A stretch of 63,364 nucleotides of DNA, the filler included, from Reticulomyxa filosa (lineage: Eukaryota; Protista; Foraminifera): the NCBI GenBank assembly GCA_000512085.1. It is 18 parts of 18 records of this genome, joined end to end, with 100 filler letters (N's around TTAATTAATTAA, not from the genome) between each part and the next. Parts side by side here need not be neighbours in the genome. Positions count along the whole stretch, not along the records: positions 35,233 to 61,663 come from ASPP01009279.1; positions 61,764 to 63,364 come from ASPP01027597.1; 16 more parts are not named here. One strand, 5' to 3'. The notes under the pieces are model-generated. The model had not been told where the DNA came from and did not search any database. It saw only the letters and a list, made by a program, of their open reading frames with translations. Positions within the stretch are counted from its first letter, which is position 1; each line of letters begins with the position of its first letter. A program made the translations under genes and the position numbers. Positions 55,301 through 63,364 of the stretch are shown piece by piece.

Positions 55301-55980
55301 CAAATATTTTGCTCCAAAATTGCCTTCCTATCAAAAGCGACGAATGACACCAAACTTGAATTTATCCAAATACAACAGCAAAAATAATGTAGATTCCAAG
55401 AATACCTCATTGAAACAGTTGGCTGGTGACACCACATTACGATTTAAACCCATGTGCACCAAATCCAAAAAACAAAGTAAACCTGTCACACAAATCCATG
55501 CCTCTGCATTCACACATCAGTACCTGTGGACTGGTGATGCTGATGGAAAGGTGTCACAATGGGAAATTAAAAAAGGTATACTTTTATCCTTCTTTGCCAC
55601 GTTTGCTATTATACAATTGAAAGATTTTTTAAACTTAATCTAGATCTTACTTTTAGGAAAGTGAGAGAAAACACAGTTTTGCAAATGTTGTGTGTGTTTT
55701 CATCTTACAAGTGGCTGAGCACTGGGTCGATGACAAAGACTTCACCAACTGTCCGAAATGCAATAAACTGTTTACAGTCATTGAAAGAAAACATCATTGC
55801 AGAAAATGTGGCCAAATCTTTTGCAACAGTTGTTCCACTTGTAAAGCAGTATTGCCAGAGATGGGTTTTGGTGAACCAGTGAGAGTATGCGATTTTTGTT
55901 GGGAGAGACTTAAAGATTATGACACAATAGTCTCAGGTAGCGTACCGTCCAACACACAAGTGTTGGAAGAATTTCCATGA
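40318..55980 (+). CDS. Very large multi-exon BEACH protein, WDFY3/Alfy-like: helical N-terminus, SAM, ConA/LamG-like, PH, BEACH, WD40, C-terminal FYVE
   Basis: BEACH [89 protein letters not shown]; WD40 ASGSKDHTVIIWD; FYVE WVDD..RKHHCRKCG..VRVC. The exact 5' start is uncertain (stop at 40537). Confidence 0.93.
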
Positions 55981-56357
55981 AGAAATAAAATTGAGAAACT
56001 GTGTTGTTGATGTATGTTAGTTTTTTTCACTTCATTACTCTGGATTTTTTCTTTTTTTGCTTTCCATTTTTTTTCTCTATGATGATAGATGTAGTATATT
56101 TGTTGACTGTAACTTTTTATGCTTTGTAAAACCAATGAAGTTATTTCGTACTTATTTGATTGGCATCTCCACAAAAGAATTTATTTTCGAGAAAAAAAGT
56201 GTTTGATTGTGACGATTAGCTGCTTTTAGCAAAAATTAAATGTTATTTTTTCTGCTAGCGTTTTGAGAAACAATTTTTCGAAAAGTTTGTTGTCTTGACA
56301 CCAACAAAAAAGTTTTCTTCCACACTCCCGAGCGAATCACCATCCCAAATTATATTA

Positions 56358-59300
56358 TCACTTCCTGTGACTATAAGAGTGATTCATTTGCATTGAACCA
56401 TTGTTATTGGCCATGCCCATTGGCTGCGCATTCATTCCAACACCCATGTTCATGTTCCCTAAATTTGGTACAAGGTTCATATTTACGTTCATATTCATTC
56501 CCAAGTTCCTATTTACCCCACTTAATCCCACGAAGCCGTCGTTGCAAGTGTTCGCCATTGTATTTCCATTTCCATATCCAATTGACAAGTTGGACATGCC
56601 TCCCATTCTCGCACCCAAATTCATATTCATGTCCATGCCATACATATGAGTAACTGAATGGGAATTCACTGGCATCCCGATTGGATTAATAGATGGTAAA
56701 GACATAGTTCCCATTCCCATGTTGTTGACAGGATAGCCGTTCATACCAGGGTTCGCGTCTTTGTTATCAAGGCTATTGCTTGCATTGGACAAACCATTGT
56801 TGTGATTTGTATTCATCAAATCTCCACGACGTGAATAAACTGTATATTTCATGACAGAATTTGTCATTCCGTTGATTTGATTGATATTATTGTTCAAATG
56901 TGAGATGGCCCCATTTCCATCATTCCCCATGGTATATAAAGAAGGTTTGCACAAGTTATTTGTATGATTCCCATTATTGTTTGCAGTACTGTTGTTGTGA
57001 TAATTGTTGAGGTTTTCCTCACTGGACACATCCATGGAAGGACTCATAAGTGAAGGGCGATGTGTCAAGGCGATTCCATGTGCATAGCCACCACCATTCG
57101 AAATATTATTTATTGTATTGCATGGAAAATAGGGATTATTTGCACTATTTTGTGCACTATAATTAAAATTGCTGTGACTGGCTTGCTTCTGCTTGTCCAT
57201 TTGATTTTTATTGGCCAGATTCTTTTTTTTTTTAAGACTATGTTAGCAACAAAAACAAAAGCATAATTTATGTGTTTCACCTGTTGACGTTGTTGATGTA
57301 TGATTTGGAAAATCCTGTGTCTCTCTTCTTTCGATTTTTGAGCATGTTGAAAAGAGGGTATTTCATGTTCTGCATTTCGACGCTTGAATTCATTAATAAT
57401 AGTTGCTAGTTGAGGAGCATCGTTGTTCCGGGACCATGTTTCTTCTTCAATATTCAATTGCCGAATTTTGGCAAGCAATTTTTCGAACCTGTGCCGAAGA
57501 GATATTTGTAGTCAAATAACCTAAACAATAGCACAAAGCAAATCAAAGGGAAGGATACTCAACACAGCAAATTTTAAATATTTTTCACACTGTGTTTCAT
57601 CCATAGTAACGACTTTCTGGCGTTGAGCTGGGAAAAATTTTTGCAATGCATCAGTAAACGTTGTTCGTCCTTGTGTGGCACTTAGGATAGCATTTTGCAC
57701 ACACATTTTTTTATTTTGAAGGTTTTCGATTTCGGCCCAGTTTTTCCAAAATATTTCCAAATCGCATTCGTGTTTCAGCTCTTTCAATTTTTCTAGACTG
57801 ATAGTCTGCAGCATCTCTGGTGTGGGCATTCTTTTTACGTCATTTTTGCAATTGTCTATGTTATTACTATTGCTATTGGTAGTGTTGTTGCCATTATTGT
57901 TACCATGATTGGCAGTGGCAGCATTCGGATTGTCTGTACTGTATGCGTTTACATTGCAATTGTTTTGAGCGTTGACAAGCATATTTGCATCCGCATTAAA
58001 GGCATTGGATAAAGGAATTGGCGGCGATGTCGTTTGTTGGACATTGGCTCTAGCGCCAGTTAGAGCTGCAGATAGTGGAGGAACGATAGCACCATTGGGA
58101 GTGGGAGTAGAAGCCGGAATGGATGTACCAGGAGCGCCAGAGGCGTTGATAGCATTCGGAGAGACTCCAGGACCAGAATTTGGACCCATAGCTCCTGCAG
58201 CACCAATTCTCGGAATGATTTGTTGAGGAAGGTTTAAACCATTGTTAAGTCGAAAATTTTGATGATAGTGTTGTTGCTGTTGCAACATTTGTTTGTGAAG
58301 AGATCGTTCAATTCTTTTTTGAGCGAGTTTTCTCAAAATGCTTTTGTCCCAATGTGGAAAGAGGAATCTTGTCGAATCCAAAGACATTGTACCAATTTCG
58401 TGTTCCGTCATTTCACGTAGCCCATTGCCATCATTGATTATGTTGATTTGCAATCGTTTTTTGACATTTACTTGCTCTATAGTCAATAGCATTTGCATAA
58501 TTCAATCTCAACATTTCGACAACAAAAAGAAACAACCAACCTCGTTGTATATCCAGCCAAGCCTTGAGCAATCTGAATTTATCAGACACACTATCAGTGC
58601 TTTTCTCTGTGTCTTGACGGGGCATTGAATCATTGGCGGGATGATTTGAGTCGGGATTTTGTTTCTCCGATTCATTATTCGTAGAAATGGCGGACTTTTT
58701 GTCTTGTGGTTTGTTTATCAATCCAATTTTGCCGTTGTTTGCATTAGTGGCGGTATTGGTGTGTAGAGCTGCTTCGCCTTTATTCGAATGAGCGGTGAAT
58801 ATTCCACTTCGCAAACCATTGCTGGAAATAAACGGAGGTTCATAAGCTTCCAAAAAAATCATTTGATAGTATTCAAGAAATGCTTTTCTGAAATGATACC
58901 AAGAGTGGTTGAAGCCATCCCCATTTCCTCCTCCGTCGGCGTTGTTGTCATTTAAGTCATCACATGGACATTGCAAAAAATATCGAAACACTTTGAGAAA
59001 TTTTTTTTGGTCCTGAGCACTCATCGATTGTAGCTCTTGTTGATATTTCAGCGGCAGAATATTCCTTGTGCCCATATTTGCATTTGCACTCACTAAGCCA
59101 CGTGCCATTTGGAATTGGAATTGTTGTTCTTTGGCATGACCATTCAACACATTACGTAGCAATGTGCAATTTGGCATATCCACTGGAGAGTCGGGATGAC
59201 CCTTTTTTTTTTTTAATCAATGGATGTACCATATATTACAACTTGAAGAAAGAGAAGAGAGGGGAAAAAACAAACAATGGAATAAATGAAAAGTTAAGAT

Positions 59301-60400
59301 ATAAGAACTTGGACATCTTTGTCAATCAATTGCTTCTCCACGTCAAGCAGCCACGCATTGGAAGGGGATCGCGAACAGTCCTGAAGAGCGCTCATATCAG
59401 TTTTATGAATGGGGTCATTTTCCTCATTTGTCGTGACATCACTCATTGTGTTATTTTCCTCGTCTGTTCCAAATAGCGCGTGCATGTCCACTCCTATCGT
59501 GCCATTCATTGAGTCCTCGCCTACATATTTTTTATATTGTTTCATTTTGCTTGCACATTGATATCAGATTTTTTGAAGTGTATATATTCAAGCAATATGC
59601 ATACAACATAAAAAGATCGGAAATGAAATAAACAAACTAAAAAAAGCATTTATTGTGTTTGGCACTTGTTTTTGTTTTTGTTTCTGTTTCATTCCTTCTT
59701 GGGTTTCGATGTCTTTGGCCTTTCCACTGCTCCGATTATTGCTACTGCTATTACTCTTTTCGAGAGCTGGTTTCGAAGTCGTGCGATAGGAATGGATTGG
59801 TGCTTCCCACGAACGTCTGCGCACTGCCGTAGTCGTTTCTCCACTTTTCCTTACTTTCAAAGGGGGTGCACCTGTTTCATTGCAATTTCCTTTTTCTTTT
59901 TCTTCCTCCTCTGCTTCTGCTGCTTCTCTCTCTTCATTATCGTGCTCCTCTTCCTCCTGATTGGATGGTACATAATCTTCATCATCGCCATTGTCGTCAT
60001 CTCCAATGTCATCCTCAGGACTAATCCTTTTCTTTCCTTTTTTTGTCTCTTCTGTTCTTTCTTCATCCTTGTTTTTCGCATTTTTCCTTGTTGATGGCCT
60101 GCCTACCTTTCCCGTTTTTTTGACACTATCTTTGCGCTGTCTTGGAAGTGTCTCTTTCACAGTCTCAGTCTTGGTGCCTGCATTGCTATTTCGACCGTCT
60201 GACATTAAGCCCAATGTAGTCAAATTGGAAAGAGATGATGATGTCATTGCTTCTGAAAAATTTCTCTTGCTGCCTGCCTTTGACGTCATTGTCCAATCCC
60301 TTGAATGTGACGATGCTGACACTATTTCGTCACTGTTACCATGGTTTGCACCATCCAATTGGGGGAGTGCCAATGACATCACATCGTAGTAATCTATTTT
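56358..60400 (-). CDS. Large multi-exon low-complexity protein (acidic/basic N-terminus, Q/N/M/G-rich C-terminus), function unknown
   Basis: Six same-strand ORFs linked by GT-AG introns (frame-restoring acceptors at 59202 and 57222) and one +1 change near 58450-58500; 5' start not resolved. Confidence 0.7.
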
Positions 60401-62139
60401 TACAAAAACATACCCTTATATCCATTTTGCTTTCTTATTACATATATATGTATTCATATATATGATTCAATAATCTCCAACTGTTTGCCTTGTTTTTCAC
60501 TCAACGTATTGACCGCTCGGTTTTCTTTTTGGATCCCAAGTGAATTGGAGTGCCACTTTGCAAGTTTGGAATACACATTTCTGACACAGTGCACAAATAT
60601 TATCATTGTAATGATAGTGAGCATTTCTGGCCAAAAATAAAGAAAACTGTGTTCATACCCATGTGCGTATCTATGTATCCACGAATTATTATCCGCTTGC
60701 AGTTTTCACAACGCACCAAGTCTTGTGTTACATCCGCTTGTGTGGGTTGATCGAAACCTAAAGCAGTGGAAAGGCAGAGCTAGTATTGTTCTTTTTTTAG
60801 AAGAAAAGAGATTCAATGCCAGAAACCTCTATGTGGGACACGAATTAAAAATGAATTCCATTTTCTATTAATGGAATTTTCTAGTTGATTGCTTATTGTT
60901 GAATCCATACTATTGATCGATTGTAAGTTAATTTGCCTCCCTTAGACGTTTTTTTGAAACGGCCGGTTTGTGACTAACACAATCAGCACTAAAAACACAA
61001 TCGTTGCCAAAACCTCAAAGTAAAACAAACACATTGCTAATGTTGTAAGTTTTGACTAATTAAATACAAACTACGACATATTAACGGTGGAACATATGAA
61101 CACATTAAACAAGTAATAAAATATGATAATTTTTATAGTTACCAAATAGTACTCTTTTTTATGCAAATTATGTTATTGAGAAACACAATTGCATGGTAAA
61201 ATCACACATTGGATTTAAATAATAAATACAAAAATTTGTATCTATTAATCAACTTGTAATTTTGTGGAAATTAATTTTATTATAAACTAAGTCCCAATAT
61301 ATTTTAATCAAGAACAAATGAACAAACTTTGCAAATGTAAATGTAAATCCAAGACGCTGCGCAACATAAAGCGAATTAGAAAAAGAAAGATGAAGAAATC
61401 AATTGAAATATGTGGAATTTTGAGCTGATAATTAGACATAACTTCTATTCGCTTCATCTACAATATTGTTGATCAAACTAATTCAAGCTAAAAAGCTTAA
61501 GTCAGTGCTTAAGCTCATTGTTTTAAAGAACAATCATCAGTTGCATTTACGAAATTAAGAATTATATAATCATACATTGAACAAGATGGTATTGTTGAAT
61601 AATGTTCTAGTTCGGAAAAGTAAAAAAGAAATCAAAGAGATATTGTATATTTAGCTGAACAAGNNNNNNNNNNNNNNNNNNNNNNNNNNNNNNNNNNNNN
61701 NNNNNNNTTAATTAATTAANNNNNNNNNNNNNNNNNNNNNNNNNNNNNNNNNNNNNNNNNNNNTCCTCTTCTTCTTTATCTTGTATTTCTTCGGCCAAGC
61801 CAGTCGCGATACCGCAATATCGATATTATTTCGTTTTCATTTTGCAAGTCTTTTTTTCTTATTGAAAAACTTGCATTCGTAGTCGGATAGTACCAAGACC
61901 CAGATCGCCGGCGATTCAACTGCGAGAATTTTTTTGCAGCCATTGCAATTGCATACCGAATTTATTCATTCTCGGTGCCTTTGTGATAGGAGAAATACTT
62001 TGGTCTTGGTCTAATGGTCTTGATTGAAAATTATCGCATCTATTAATATGCGTCCATTCAACAATTTCTGCATTGGCGATACAATACTTGAGAATACCAT
62101 TTGTATTTCCTTTTTTTTTTTGTTTCCATATTCGCTGCT

Positions 62140-63150
62140 ATTCTTTGAGTGCCATACACGTCGCCCGTAGTCAATGGTCGATCCGGGAGGCAGTTCAGTA
62201 AATATAATATACATTTGCTCCACAAACGCAAGATCAACGACTCTTGCATTGATTAGTTCAAAAAATGCTACATTTACCAATTGTCAGCGAGCAATGTCGC
62301 ATGCTAGCTTACCACTCCAATCAACAATCTCATACTTCAAAACTCAAAATTTGCGCATGTGCGCACGCACACAACTAGTTTCGGCTGTTGTTTGAGTTTA
62401 TAACATTAGAGATCCATTTCCATTACGGCAAAGTTTCCATTGTTCACTGGCACCAGTAGCTCGCAGTTTGACACTATCTTTGTGGTTAATTGTTTGAGTG
62501 GCACAGCATCAGAGACTTGCATCTGGTTTCGTTGACAGTAAACATGTTCTTTGAAATGCCTAGTGTTACCATTGCCAGACTTGACCTATTCATTTAACAC
62601 ATTCCATTGGACTCGCTATTAGGAGTTAGTATACGTATGTGAGTGGCGATTTTGCGCGCTTCGGGATGAAAAAAGTAAATAGATTATTAACTTCAAAAAA
62701 GCTTGCAACTACTTTCTTTTTTTTTTCTTTAAACAAATCATCCTCTTTCTTGACACGTCCTGGAGTTTCGGCACATCTAAATTGAACAGTTCTTACATAG
62801 GACGGCTCTCACGATGTAGTGGTTGCTTGATCACAATGTGATTATTTTTTGACCATGTCCACGTTCTTTCTTTCGTCGTCTCCCACTTCTTGATTTCTTG
62901 AATGCTACCTAACACTTCGACTATAGCTCATAGTTGGTCCTGGAGGCAGTTCAGTAAAGATAACAGGCGTTTGTTCAATAAAAGCAAGGCACACAACTCT
63001 TTCAGCGACGAACTCGGAAAATGCAACTGGCTCTATTTCTTTCTTCACCAATTGACAATGTCCAATATTTCGCGAACCAACGTTTTTCCAATCAACAATC
63101 AAAAACACAAAGTAAGAATGCGCACACACGACAAGTTTTGGCACGCTCAT
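62140..63150 (-). pseudogene. Two decayed copies of an ~80-aa repeat unit (about 62140-62390 and 62905-63150), possibly FN3-like
   Basis: Both read PKLVVC...IVDW...QLV..VAF.E...RVV.LAF.EQ..IFTELPPG; the 62140 copy has an internal stop and a frameshift. Confidence 0.55.
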
Positions 63151-63275
63151 ACAATCTTTCTTTTTATTTTTTTATTTCATTTTTCAACATTTTTTTAATT
63201 TCTTTTTATTTTGCATTTTGCATTTTTTCTTTTTTTCAATTATTCTTAAATAAACTTTTTTCTAATTTCTTTAAA

Positions 63276-63340
63276 CCCTTTTTCAATTTTTGCTCCCTTT
63301 TTCAATTTTTGCACCCTTTTTCAATTTTTGCCCTCCCTTT
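63276..63340. repeat. 19-bp tandem repeat, about 3 copies
   Basis: CCCTTTTTCAATTTTTGC(T/A) at 63276, 63295 and 63314. Confidence 0.8.
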
Positions 63341-63364
63341 TCTAACTTATTTTCAACATTTCCC

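Larger units (their letters stand above)
1307..61763. other. 17 artificial 100-bp contig spacers (N44-TTAATTAATTAA-N44) starting at 1307, 2845, 5437, 10475, 11684, 15917, 17632, 21024, 22664, 24541, 26391, 28527, 30055, 31903, 33903, 35133 and 61664
   Basis: Identical length and sequence every time; TTAATTAATTAA gives stops in all six frames; genes are truncated at the spacers. Confidence 0.98.

Noticed and set aside
17784-55980. A phosphoinositide/autophagy gene cluster (PI3K, BEACH-FYVE, RGS, U-box)
   Set aside because: The genes lie on different contigs, so adjacency comes from concatenation. Only 35233-61663 is a long contiguous region.
39295-55980. Alternative genetic code (stop reassignment)
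   Set aside because: Conserved genes translate with the standard code and end at TAA or TGA; interruptions are explained by introns or single-base indels.
1307-61763. Regularly recurring TTAATTAATTAA as a CRISPR-like or biological repeat
   Set aside because: Always centred in 44+44 Ns; it is an artificial six-frame-stop joiner.
1-63364. rRNA, tRNA, telomeric repeats, prokaryotic operons or viral genes
   Set aside because: None recognised by eye; Infernal and tRNAscan would be needed to exclude small ncRNAs.

Overview
This window is not one locus. It is a concatenation of 18 AT-rich eukaryotic contig pieces joined by 17 identical artificial 100-bp spacers (N44-TTAATTAATTAA-N44), so adjacency across spacers has no biological meaning. 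Short GT-AG introns full of homopolymers and TA/CA runs, plus decayed Kelch, NACHT and TRAF-zinc-finger family copies, suggest a rhizarian protist, most likely the foraminifer Reticulomyxa filosa (inference, not searched). Well-supported genes: a class I-type PI3K (3' part), PHF5A/Rds3, a ~15.7-kb WDFY3/Alfy-like BEACH-WD40-FYVE gene with an unexpected SAM domain, a compact BARD1/BRCA1-like RING+BRCT gene that is only visible after splicing, an XK-related protein, a triple-RPEL protein, a SAM+U-box protein, a TM+RGS protein, an N-anchored 2OG-Fe(II) oxygenase, a PAM2 protein and a CCDC57-like protein. Mobile DNA: five copies of a Tc1/mariner-like terminus (TA|CAGT...) and a decayed RNase H-bearing LINE. 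The most system-level observation is that many frame-restoring introns have 3' splice sites preceded by poly(A) rather than a polypyrimidine tract. Five genes also need the same +1 frame change, probably from homopolymer over-calling. No prokaryotic system, CRISPR array, rRNA or tRNA was seen.
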